In this document: piece after piece, positions 24,700-37,279 of the stretch
Layout of the letters: each line of letters opens with the position of its first letter
How positions within the stretch are numbered: position 1 is the first letter of the stretch
NCBI RefSeq assembly: GCF_006345805.1
Contig: NC_043007.1
Location: forward strand, 21,328,001 to 21,392,000
Direction of reading: 5' to 3'
Source of the DNA: Octopus sinensis
Taxonomy: Eukaryota
Length of the DNA: 64,000 bases
Notes under the pieces: model-generated
The model's database searches: none
What the model was told of the DNA's origin: nothing
The model's input: the letters and a program-made list of their open reading frames with translations, nothing else
Position numbers and translations under genes: made by a program

Positions 24700-25772
24700 A
24701 TTATCATCATCATCATCATCTTTATTATTATTATTATTATTATCATTATTATTATTATTATTATTATTATCATTATTATTATTATTATCATCATCATTTT
24801 TGTTATCAATATTAATATTATTATTATTAATATTATTTTCATTATTATTATTATCATTATTATTATTTATATATATTCTGAATAAACACTCGTAGAATCG
24901 TAGAATCTGTTATTCTCCAGACATGTCATTTGACATCTTCTCAAGCACGGCTCACGCTTCTTCTTCGTAACTTGAGTCACGACATTCCAGCTGAACTGAT
25001 AGCAGCAGCCATAGCTGTTGATGCAGCTGCACAGATGGCAGCAGCAGCAGTTGTGGCGATGGTGGTGGTGGTGGTGGTGGTGGTGACAGTGGTAGTTGTA
25101 ATAGTGGTGCTGGTAGTGGTGGTAGTAGTAGTTGTAATAGTGGTGCTGGTAGTGGTGGTGGTGGTTTTAGTCACTGCTTTTGCGTCTACAAAAACAATAG
25201 AAGCAATAACAGGAGACGCAATCACAGGATCACCATCATCACCATCATCATGATCATCATGATCATCATGATCATCATTATTATATTATTGTTATTATTA
25301 TCATTATTATTATTATTATCATCATCATTTTTGTTATCAATATTAATATTATTATTATTAATATTATTTTCATTATTATTATTATCATTATTATTATTTA
25401 TATATATTCTGAATAAACACTCGTAGAATCGTAGAATCTGTTATTCTCCAGACATGTCATTTGACATCTTCTCAAGCACGGCTCACGCTTCTTCTTCGTA
25501 ACTTGAGTCACGACATTCCAGCTGAACTGATAGCAGCAGCCATAGCTGTTGATGCAGCTGCACAGATGGCAGCAGCAGTAGCAGCAGCAGCAGTTGTGGC
25601 GATGGTGGTGGTGACAGTGGTAGTTGTAATAGTGGTGCTGGTAGTGGTGGTGGTGGTTTTAGTCACTGCTTTTGCGTCTACAAAAACAATAGAAGCAATA
25701 ACAGGAGACGCAATCACAGGATCACCATCATCATGATCATCATGATCATCATGATCATCATTATTATTATTA
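24700..25772. repeat. ~531-bp tandem duplication
   Basis: CTGAATAAACACTCG at 24878 and 25409; unique cores appear identical, only microsatellite lengths differ. Confidence 0.9.
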
Positions 25773-25774
25773 TT

Positions 25775-26133
25775 CGCACGCTGGGCAAAATGCTTAGCGG
25801 TATTTCATCTGCCGCTACGTTCTGAGTTCAAATTCCGCCAAGGTCGACTTTGCCTTTATATCCTTTCGGGGTCGATTAAATAAGTACCAGTTACGCACTG
25901 GGGTCAATATAATCGACTTAATCCGTTTGTCTGTCCTTGTTTATCCTTTCTGTGTTTAGCCCCTTGTGGGTAGTAAAGAAATAGGTATTTTGTCTGTCAT
26001 TATGTTCTGAGTTCAAATTCCACCATGGTCAACGATGTCTTTCATCATTCCAGAGTTGATAAAATTAAGTACCTGTAATTGACTAGTCCCCTCCCCACAA
26101 ATTTCAAGCCTTGTGCCTATAGTAGAAAAGATT
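25775..26133 (+). mobile_element. SINE family B composite
   Basis: body-tail1-GGTATTT restart-body-tail2. Confidence 0.85.
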
Positions 26134-26418
26134 ATTGCCTCCACCTTAGCGAAGGTGGAGGTATTATTTTCAGTCACATTTGTTTGTTTGTCTGTGGACA
26201 AGATATCTCAAGAACTGCTGGATGGATTCGGATGAAACATTCAGGGATGTTTGTCCTCATGACTGGCACAAATTGATTAGATTTTGGGATCGATCTGGTA
26301 CCGGACAAGGGTTCTGGATTATTTTTCCTGTTTTTTTTACTCAATTTTTGAGAGCAGTTAGATTCATTTTTAGTATTCTCATTTGTGAAAGCAGTCGAGT
26401 TTATTTCAGCCATTCTTA
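26134..26418 (+). mobile_element. Helentron-associated non-autonomous element (HINE/DINE-like), 3' end missing
   Basis: 5' hairpin CCTCCACCTT-AGCG-AAGGTGGAGG, TGTTTGTTTGTCTGT tract, GATATCTCAAGAAC..GGATGAAAC; homologous to 57029-57396. Confidence 0.65.
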
Positions 26419-26719
26419 TTTTAGAATAAGTACAAGGCTTCCAAAGAATCGGTCCTGGGGTCGATTTGCTTGACTAAAGCCGGTGCTCCAGCATGGCCGC
26501 AGTCAAATGACTGAAACAAGTAAAAGAGTAAAAAAGAGGAGATGAGCACAATGTAAAAAAACCCAAAAAAACAGTTATTGTTACATACAGTTTTATACAT
26601 AATCTTCACAGTTGTCCATTGCCTCTTTGAACAGGTGAGTGGTGGGCAGTTGAATGACATCTTGTGGTAGCTTGTTCCATGGGGCTGCTGGCCTTACACC
26701 AAAATTAGAAACAATTATT

Positions 26720-27110
26720 TCTATTACTGCTTACCTGTGCTAGTGGAGCGCTAACAGCTCCATCCAAGCGGGATCACTGCCAGAGCAGCTGTCTGCCTTA
26801 CTGGCACGTGAACAAAACATTCGAGTGAGGTCATTGCCAGTGCCGCTGGACTGGCTCCTGTGCAGGTGGCACATAAAAAACACCATTTCGAGCGTGACCG
26901 TTGCCAGTACTGCCAGACTGGCCCTTGTGCCGGTGGCATGTTAAAGCACCCACTACACTCTCGGAGTGGTTGGCATTAGGAAGGGCATCCAGCTGTAGAA
27001 ACTCTGCCAGATCTGATTGGAGCTTGGTGCAGCCATCTGGTTCGCCAGTCCTCAGTCAAATCGTCCAACCCATGCTAGCATGGAAAGCGGATGTTAAACG
27101 ATGATGATGA
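26720..27110 (+). mobile_element. family D with two upstream ~66-bp units
   Basis: ACTGGC..GTGC.GGTGGCAC.TAAAAA.CACC repeated before the D core. Confidence 0.8.
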
Positions 27111-27506
27111 GGAGGAGAAGGACAATCCACTGGCCAATTTACCAGAGTTACAAAACAAAATTCCTTATGTTATTTAGTTAGTGACCTTTATATTCTGAGT
27201 TCAATCCCCACTGCAGTCAGCTTTGTCTTTTATCTTCCTGGGGTCAATAAAATAAGTACCAGTCAAGTACTAAGGCCGATAGTACAGTGAACCAACTTCC
27301 TCCTCTCTAATCTTTGTGTTAGAATTACATTAACCCAATCTAGTAGAGGGGTCAGTGTAATTGACTAAACCCCATCCACTAAAATTGCTGGCTTTGTACC
27401 AAATTTTGAAACCATTATTATTATAATTAATATTATTATTATTATCATTATTATTATTATATTATTATTATTATCATCATCATCATCATCATCATTAGTA
27501 ATAGTG

Positions 27507-27540
<34 letters not shown>

Positions 27541-27645
27541 CTGCAGTGGCAGTGGCCTTGATGGTGGTGGTGGCGACAGCGGCGGCAGTGGTGATAGTGG
27601 TGATGGATGTGGTGGTGATGGTGGTGGTGGTGGTAGCAGTAGCAC

Positions 27646-27700
<55 letters not shown>

Positions 27701-27935
27701 CGTAGTAAGGTGGCAAGCTTTCAGAACTGTTAGCATGCCACACAAAATGTATAGGGTCAATGATTCTGGCCGTTTATGTTCTGAGTTCAAATTTTACTGA
27801 GGTCACCTTTGCCTTCCATCCTCTCAAGGTTGATAAAATAAGTGCCAGTCAAGCACTGGGGTCGATGTAGTCGGTGACACCACTCCACAAAATGTCAGGC
27901 CTTGTGTACATAGTAGAAAAGATTATTATTATTAT

Positions 27936-28105
27936 TATCTCTGCCTTAGCGAAGGCGGAGTATTGTTTTCAGTTGTGTTTGTTTGTTTGTCCATGGACAA
28001 GATATCTCAAGAACCACTGGATGGATTTGGATGAAACTTTCAGGGATGTTTGGCCTTGTGACTGGCATGAACTGATTAGATTTGGGGATTGATCCAGACC
28101 GGACA
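27936..28105 (+). mobile_element. HINE-like element, 5' part
   Basis: CTCTGCCTTAGCGAAGGCGGAG hairpin and the same body as 26134-26418. Confidence 0.65.
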
Positions 28106-28139
28106 AAGATTCTGTTGATAATTGTTGAGAGGATTATCA

Positions 28140-28360
28140 AGTTATGGATGTAAGCACACCAGCATCGTTTGTTAAGTGATGTTGGAGGGACAAACACAGA
28201 CACACAAAAACACACACACACATACATACATATATATATACGATGAGCTTCTTTCAGTTTCCGTCTACCAAATCCACTTACAGGTCTTTGGTCGGCCTGA
28301 GGCTATAATAGAAGACACTTGCCCAAGGTGCCACGCAGTGGGACTGAACCTGGAACCATT
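28140..28360 (-). mobile_element. SINE family A, partial
   Basis: Reverse complement of head and start of second module. Confidence 0.8.
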
Positions 28361-28404
28361 GTCATCATTTAACAATGGATGTTAAATGATGACGATGATG
28401 ATGA

Positions 28405-28986
28405 TTGTTTATTATTAGAATAACATTGTAGGGCAGGTGTGAGATGTCATACCTGGTTAGTTTGAACATAAAACAGGTAGAATACTTGGGCTGTGAGCTG
28501 GCAGAAATGTTAGCACCCTGGGCGAAATGCTTAGCAGTATTTCATCTGCCGTTACGTTCTGAGTTCAAATTCCACTGAGGTCGACTTTGCCTTTCATCCT
28601 TTTGGGGTTGATAAATTAAGTACCAGTTATGCACTGGCATCGATGTAATTGATTTAATCTGTTTGTCCTTGTTTGTCCTCTCTGTGTTTAGCCCCTTCTG
28701 GGCAATAAAGAAATAAGAAACGTTAGCATGTTGGGCGAAATGCTTGGCAGTATTTCATCTGCCGTTATGTTCTGAGTTCAAATTTCGCTGAGGTCGACTT
28801 TGCCTTTCATCCTTTTGGGGTCGATAAATTAAGTACCAGTTATGCACTGGGGTTAATATAATCGACTTAATCCGTTTGTCTGTTCTTGTTTGTCCCCTCA
28901 ATGTTTAGCCCCTTGTGAGGGTGGGGGGTGGCAATAAAGAAATAAGAACGCTTGGGCTGTATGTGGCCAGTTTAAATGCAAAAGGG
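28405..28986 (+). mobile_element. piggyBac-type MITE family II remnant interrupted by a family B dimer (28495-28950)
   Basis: 10-bp target duplication CTTGGGCTGT at 28485-28494 and 28951-28960; right end TTTAAATGCAAAAGGG|TTAA. Confidence 0.85.
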
Positions 28987-29121
28987 TTAAAGTGGTTGAC
29001 CTTAGAAAGGACATCCAACTAGAAACTGTACTGAAGCAGATGGCAGGGCTTCGCACATCTTCTCACTTGCCAGTTTCTGTCAAACTGTCCAACTCATGCT
29101 AACATGGAAGCAGGATGTTAA

Positions 29122-29165
<44 letters not shown>

Positions 29166-29421
29166 GATTATTTATTTATCCATTTATTTATTTGTAATTA
29201 ATGAGGTGAACTGGCAGAATTGCTAAACACTGGAAGAAATGCTTAGGGGCATCTCCTCCGACTTCCTCTTCTGAGTTCAAATTTTACCAGGCTCAACTTT
29301 TTGCCTTAGGGGTTGATAAAATAAGTTACCAGTTGAACACTAGGGGGTCAATGTAATTGACCATCCCCTTCTCCCGGAATTGCTGGCCTTGCGCCAAACT
29401 TCAGAACCATTATAGTTTATT

Positions 29422-29425
29422 TGTT

Positions 29426-29468
<43 letters not shown>

Positions 29469-30060
29469 GGTAGTAGTAGTAGTAGTAGCAGCAGTAGCTG
29501 CAGCAGCAGCAGCAGTGGTGTTAGTGTTGGTGTTGGTGATGGTGGTGGTGGTGGTGGTAGTGGTGGCAGTGGTGGTGGTGATAGTGGTAATGGTAGTATG
29601 GTGATGATGGTGGTGAGTGTGGCCGCAGTGGTGGAGGGCAATAGTGGTGTTGTTGGTGATGGTGATGGTGGTGGTGGAAGTGGTGATGGTGGTGGGGGTG
29701 ATGGTGGTGATGGTGGTGGTGGTGTTTATGGTGGTGGTGGTGGTGGTAATGGTGATGGTGGTGGTGATGGTGGTGGTGGTGATGGTGGTGGTGGTGGTGG
29801 TAATGGTGGATGGTGGTGGTGGTGGTGGTGGTGGTGGTGATGCTGGTGGTGGTGATGGTGATGGTGGTGGTGGTGATGCTGGTGGTGGTGATGGTGATGC
29901 TGGTGGTGGTGATGGTGATGGTAGTAGTGGTGGTGGTGGTGGTGGTGACGCTTGCAGCATCAGCAGCAGAGACTGCAACAGGGATAGCATTAACCACAAT
30001 AACATTAGCAGCAGCACCAACACCAACACCAACAGCAGCAGCAGCAGCAGTAGCAGCAGT
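29422..30060. repeat. (TAG)n/(GGT)n/(CAG)n low-complexity tract
   Basis: Direct inspection. Confidence 0.95.
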
Positions 30061-30439
30061 AGAATTCCCAGTCTGCTGTTGTTATGCTAGAAGATGTCTG
30101 GCCTGGCCTGGCCTGGCCTAATAGTACTTTCACTACAAACACTGAAGACAGTCGTTATGCAACATTGGTAACATTGGTAGAAGAAGAAGAAAAAAAAAAA
30201 AACCAAAACAAGCAAGCAATAATGAGCAGCCGGCAACGAATGTGCACATTTGCATCGACTGCAAGCGTTCTGCAGCAGGACAGTCTGTCCTTCCTATGCT
30301 GCATCGGCTCACCTGGCTTTTGGAAAATAAATTACCAGATCTTCCTGGGGATGTTACCTGCAATGGGCTGGGGCTGTATCCGAGGAAGGGGATATTTGTC
30401 TCAGATTCTTTAGGCCTTGAAATAAGAGCTAAGACCCTC

Positions 30440-31750
30440 CACATGCACACACACATGCACACACATGCATATACAGACACACACACATACATATACAGAC
30501 ACACACACATGCATATACAGACACACACATACATATACAGACACACACATACATATACAGACACACACACATGCATATACAGACACACACATACATATAC
30601 GGACACACACACATGCATATACAGACACACACACATACATATACAGACACACACACATGCATATACAGACACACACACATGCATATACAGACACACACAC
30701 ATACATATACAGACACACACACATGCATATACAGACACACACACATGCATATACAGACACACACACATACATATACAGACACACACACATGCATATACAG
30801 ACACACACACATACATATACAGACACACACACATGCATATAGACACACACACATGCATATACAGACACACACACATACTATACAGACACACACACATACA
30901 TATACAGAACACACACACATGCATATACAGACACACACACTTGCATATACAGACACCACACACATACCTATACAGACACACACACCATGCATATACAACA
31001 CACACACATGCATATACAGACACACACACATGCATATACAGACACACCACACATGCATATACAGACACACACACATGCATATACAGACACACACACATGC
31101 ATATACAGACACACACACTGCATATACAGACACACACACACATGCATATACGACACACACACATGCATATACAGACACACACACACATGCATATACAGAC
31201 ACACACATACATATACAACCACACACATGCATATACAACCACACACATGCATATACAACCACACACATGCATATACAACCACACACATGCATATACAACC
31301 ACACACATGCATATACAACCACACACATGCATATACAACCACACACATGCACACACATGCATATACAACCACACACATACATATACAGACACACACCATG
31401 CATATACAGACACACACACATGCATATACAGACACACACACATGCATATACAGACACACACATGCATATACAGACACACACACATGCATATACAGACACA
31501 CACACATGCATATACAGACACACACACATGCATATACAGACACACACACATGCATATACAGACACACACACATGCATATACAGACACACACACATACCTA
31601 TACAGACACACACACACATGCATATACAGACACACACATACATATACAGACACACACACATGCATATACAGACACACACACATGCATATACAGACACACA
31701 CACTTGCATATACAGACACACACACACATGCATATATAGACACACATGCA
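30440..31750. repeat. minisatellite, unit ~ACACACACATGCATATACAGAC (20-24 nt)
   Basis: Roughly 55-60 units over 1.3 kb; source of the long CVC/HTH ORFs. Confidence 0.95.
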
Positions 31751-32439
31751 TATTTGTAAGCACACACACATACACATGTATACACACAATACACACGCAT
31801 GCACATGTATGAACACATATACATAAATAGACACAGGCATGCATCCACACATGTATACATACACACACTCATGCACACACGCATATGTAGAAACACACCC
31901 GCATGTATACACAGTATAAATACACACGTGTATACACACACACTCACATACATATGCGTGTATGTATAAACGTATACACACACACTCACATGCACATATC
32001 TATAAACAGATACACACATGCATATGTATAATCACACACCCGCACATATGTATAATCACACACACATGTATACACACACACACATGTACAAACACACATA
32101 TGTATACACACACATACACACACGCATATGTATAAAAATAAACACATGTATACACACAGACCCATACGTAAGAACACACACATGTATACACTCACATACA
32201 TACACGCATATGTACAAAAAGAAAAACATGTATACACACACACACACACATATATACACACACGCACATATACATACACACCCTGGTAGATTAGGCGTTA
32301 TGTACATTCCAGAAGACTGCATACACCAACAGTGACTGCAACAGAGACATCAACAACAAATTTGACATGTGAAGACAGCAGAGGAAAAACATTTGGCTGG
32401 GTTTTCTTGTTTTTATTTAAAAAATTTTTTAAAGCAGTT

Positions 32440-32676
32440 TTATTATACTCTTTATTTGTTTCAGTCATATGACCGCGGCCATGCTGGAGCACCACCTTTT
32501 AGTCGAGCAAATCGACCCCGGGACTTATTCTTTGTAAGCCTAGTACTTATTCTGTCGGTCTCTTTTGCCAAACCGCTAAGTTACAGGGACGTAAACACAC
32601 CAGCATCGGTTATCAAGCGATGTTGAGAGGACAAATACAGACACACAAACATATACACACACATATATATATATAC

Positions 32677-32724
<48 letters not shown>

Positions 32725-33015
32725 TATATATAAAAATTACAAAAGGGGACAAGAACGCAAACCACACAAAGAGACGACACAAAAAAACAGACGGGTCATT
32801 CGAAGCCTCTAACCTTCAGTCGGGAATACATACATATATACATACATATATACGACGGGCTTCTTTCAGTTTCCGTCTAGCAAATCCACTCACAAGGCTT
32901 TGGTCAGCCCGAGGCTATAGTAGAAGACACTTGCCCAAGGTGCCATGCAGTGGGACTGAACCCAGACCCATGTGGTTGGTAAGCTAGCTACTTACCACAT
33001 ACCCACTCCAGCGCC
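32440..33015 (-). mobile_element. SINE family A split by (TA)n and an unrelated ~110-nt insert (32725-32830)
   Basis: Second module 32440-32650, head 32850-33015. Confidence 0.8.
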
Positions 33016-33217
33016 TGGGAATTTAAAACTTAAAAATAAAAAAAAAAATTTTGTTATTTTATAATTCAATTTCCAACAGTTACATATTTTAGAAATTTGT
33101 CACGTGTGGGCGGCGGGGGGGGGGGTTCAGCTGAGAAAAAGATTAGAAACTCCCTTCACCGATAAAGATATTTAAACAATGTTTCTTATGACCTTTACTC
33201 TTTCAATTTATAATCAT

Positions 33218-33262
<45 letters not shown>

Positions 33263-33360
33263 AACGCACACACACAAACACACACACACACAAACAAAAA
33301 ACACACACACACACACACACACACGCAAACACACACACAAACACACACACACACATGCAA

Positions 33361-33417
<57 letters not shown>

Positions 33418-33980
33418 CAAACGCACACACACAAACACACACACACACACAAACAAAAAACACACACACACACACACACACACACATGCAAACATACACA
33501 CATACACACACCACACACACACACACACACACATACACGCATGAAGGAAAAATAAAGATAAAAACCGGAAATGCTTGTAGATATAGTTTGAGGGTGGGGC
33601 GACATAACCTGATTGGCGCTGAGCTACTGTTTCAACTATTGCTGCAGAAGGGGACCACCAACCTGGTCAAGTTAAACCCACAAGAACATTATTTATTTAT
33701 ATATTTATTAGTCTGCCTCATGCGAATTCCTAAAGGACTTATAAATGAGATATGATGTTGATTAGGCTGATATGCAGTGCTGACATTACAAGAGTGTCAT
33801 AGTTTAAAGAATGCACACACACATGTATATACACATGCATACACAAATACATATATATATCTGTATGCATGTGTATATACATGTATATATGCATTTATAA
33901 ATATATATATATATAGATATGAATATATAGATATGAATATATATATACATATATATATATATATAGATATGAATATATAG

Positions 33981-34028
<48 letters not shown>

Positions 34029-34319
34029 TATATATAATATATATATATATACTTATACACACATACTCATGCATACATATATATACACACATACGCACAG
34101 ATGCACACACACATCTATACGTGTGTGTCATTTTGACAAATTCAAAAGATACTATGTCAAGCCACTTAGAAGAGCTGAGAGCAAATATACATATATGCAT
34201 ACATACATACACATGTACATACGTACATACATACATACATACATACATAAATATTTAAAAATGACTAATATATATAAATTATCAATGAAAATATATAAAT
34301 GTATATAAATATTATAATT

Positions 34320-34880
34320 AAGACTTGTGCCTGGGAGGGTAACTTTCTAGGTGCAATCCCATGGTCATTCATGACTGAAGGTGGGGATCTCAGATATACA
34401 TGCATATATACAGTGGGGTGGCGTCATTTAAAGGCTAAAATAATGTGAAGCGCATTGTGACCAGCGATGTGTAGCAACATCTGATAGCCTGGTCAGTCAC
34501 AGCGATCACACTGATATATATATATATGTATGCATGTATATCTGAGACCCTCCCCCTTCAGTCATGAATGACCATGGGATTGCACCTAGAAAGTTACCCT
34601 CCCAGGCACAAGTCTGGACAAGGTTGTTTATGGAAGACTAGCAGTCACCCATGCATACCGACCACTCTTCTCCACGCCACCAGTGTTATCCAAGAGAAAG
34701 GCAAAGGCTGATATAACTTGGCACCTGTGACATTGCAACCCATTTCTACAGCTGAGTGAACTGGAGCAACGTGAAATAAAGTATCTTGCTCAAGAACACA
34801 ACACGCAGCCCAGTCCAGGATTTGAGCTCACAACCTCACGATTGTAAGCTCGATGCTCTAACCACTGAGCCATGCACATT
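34320..34880 (-). mobile_element. SINE family C followed by segment X and a second C tail
   Basis: Head at 34880, tail about 34550, X 34410-34515, tail fragment 34320-34390. Confidence 0.85.
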
Positions 34881-34887
34881 CACACAC

Positions 34888-34941
<54 letters not shown>

Positions 34942-35154
34942 CATATGTATATATATGTATTTAATTCTTAGGTAATTTAAGTTTCTGGAATTATGATAAA
35001 GCAACCTTATTTTCCTTTACGGTCATGCTTGACTGACTTTGTAGATAACTGTAGTTTGGATCTTTACGTTTATCAATTTGCTTTGCAAGATTTCTGATGG
35101 GAAGTCATGCTTTGTAACAGATACTGTTGTACTTCATGTTGGTCATTTTATTTA

Positions 35155-35264
35155 TTGATCGGAATTTATTTCTCCCCCTTTTTTTTTCTATTTTTGAAAA
35201 GAAAGGCTCTACATTGTATTTTGTACCCTCTGTGTTCGGCCCTGTGTGGCTCATAAAGAAACTT
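35155..35264 (+). mobile_element. Tx1-like LINE 3'-end fragment
   Basis: GAAAAGAAAGGCTCTACATTG...CCTCTGTGTTCGGCCCTGTGTGGCTCATAAAGAAA then (TATC)n. Confidence 0.8.
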
Positions 35265-35266
35265 AC

Positions 35267-35314
<48 letters not shown>

Positions 35315-35354
35315 TTGTCTGTCTGTCTGTCTATCTGGCTGTCTGTCTGTCTGC

Positions 35355-35386
<32 letters not shown>

Positions 35387-35401
35387 ATCTGTCTCTCTGT
35401 C

Positions 35402-35735
35402 TCATCGTTTAATGTCCATTTTCCATGTGGGCATGGGTTGGACGGTTTGACTGAGGTCTGGAAAGCCACTAGCTACTCTAGGCTCCAATCTGATCTGGCA
35501 ATGTTTCAACAGCTGGATGCACTTCCTAACACCAACCACTCCAAGAGTATAGTGGGACCTTTTTACGTGCCACTGGCACAGGAGCCAGTCAGGCAGCCCT
35601 GGCATCAATCATGTTCAGATAGTGCTTTTTACTTGCCATTAGCATGGGAGCCAGCCAGGGGGCACTGGCATTGACCACATTTAGATGGTGCTTTTTACAT
35701 GCTACCAGCATGGGTGCCAGTCAGACAGACCTGGT
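35402..35735 (-). mobile_element. family D with upstream repeated units
   Basis: D core plus decayed ~66-bp units. Confidence 0.75.
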
Positions 35736-35743
35736 CAGTTGAT

Positions 35744-36030
35744 GGGGTTACCCTGAGCTTCTCGCTCATAAGGGGTTTAACCTTATGGCATATCTCCAGA
35801 GCCCAAGCACTGCTGGCTTGAGACCTCTTTAAAATATGGAAAGAGAAAACCCTCGTTTTTAAGGGTAAAATACTGCTGGCCAGCAGTGTTTGGGGTCTGA
35901 AGTTACGCTGTAAGGCTAAACCCCTTATGAGTGAGAAATCCAAGTAACCCCGTATACCGACCTATTAACTACTCTACATCTTAGGGTGTGCTTCTCCTTT
36001 GGATTTATGTATTTCTACAAACGACCATAT
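35744..36030. mobile_element. inverted pair of hammerhead-bearing terminal repeats (Penelope-like), both cores mutated
   Basis: Arms 35744-35817 (-) and 35879-35951 (+) are both homologous to 40296-40355; the downstream tail matches 40360-40430. Confidence 0.65.
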
Positions 36031-37279
36031 ATATGTGTGTGTGTATGTACACACACACATATATATAGTTGGCATCATAAACTCATACAAACATGTGTGT
36101 ATATGCATAACTTCATCACTTTCATGTAATGTCTAGTTTCCATGCTTACACAGGTTGGACTGTATACATACATACATAGTAAATACGCACACACACACAC
36201 ATATATATACATAAACATACATATATATTTAATTATATATATAATATTACATCTACATATACATACATGCATATATTCATACACACACACACACACATGC
36301 ACATACATGTATTCACACACACACATAATACATATGTAGGTGTGTGTATGTATGTATGTGTGCGTGCATGTGTGATTCATTTGTCTATGTGTGTAATTAT
36401 GTATATTACACGCATGCATGAATGAAACCCTATCCATACAGGAAAAACGACCGGAGAGGCTTTAGGCCAATCCTGTAGATTTCAATATGAAATGAAAATA
36501 GAATTTTAGTTGGGTTTAGAAGTTTCCTCCATGGCTAAGTAGGATGCCTAGTGATGAAGGTAGGGATGGGGGTGGGAGGTATGAAACGAAATGAAAGACA
36601 CACCCTAAGAGGCAATTTTATCTGCTTACTAAAAACCAATCCTCAGAGAGAAAAATTTTGAAAAACAAAAAAAAAAAAAAAAGAAAAAAAGAAAAGGAAA
36701 GGAAAGGAAAAAAAAGAAGAAGGAAATGGTTAAGTATTTGGCTTACAGTTTCCATTTTCTGCTTTTTTAAGCAAAAGGGTGGAGCCTGAAAATTTCAGTG
36801 TAAAGAACACTAAGAAACAGGAGCTAAATTCCTTAAGGTACCTTTAACTGGCTCTTTTTCTCTGTTACTCACAAGTCTTGTAAAGGGAGCTACAGTTAAA
36901 AAATAAATAAATAAATAAATAAAGGCTGTGGTATTTTGAAACTGAGTCTAAAGACGGGGTGGCGGTGGTGGGTGGTGGGGTGGTGGGGTGTTAGAGGCAT
37001 TTTCTCTATTTTTAGAATATTTTCATTCACATACATCATTAATCTTTAACATACCTATGACAGAAGAGACGGATAGTCTTTTAATCGTTGTTTTTCTTTT
37101 TTTTTTCCTCATGAAGATTTAAGAAAATCTGAACGTTTTTTTTTTTCTTACATAGGCACCAAACCTAGAATTTTGAAGGTGGTGGTGGTGGTGGTGGTGG
37201 TGGTGGTGGTGGTGGAATGGTGAATGTTGAAATATTATTCAAATACTATCAGAATGTCTGAAGTACTAAAACTGTTTAA

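Noticed and set aside
30133-32019. ORFs of 400-628 aa on both strands
   Set aside because: They are translations of a CA/TA-rich minisatellite that lacks stop codons; no protein features.
32790-32825. Minus-strand CTGAAGG...TTCGAATGACCCGTC
   Set aside because: Lacks GAAA and a formable stem II; probably a repeat terminus.
35094-35130. CTGATGG-GAAG...CTTT-GTAAC hammerhead-like trace
   Set aside because: Several core mismatches and no stem I.
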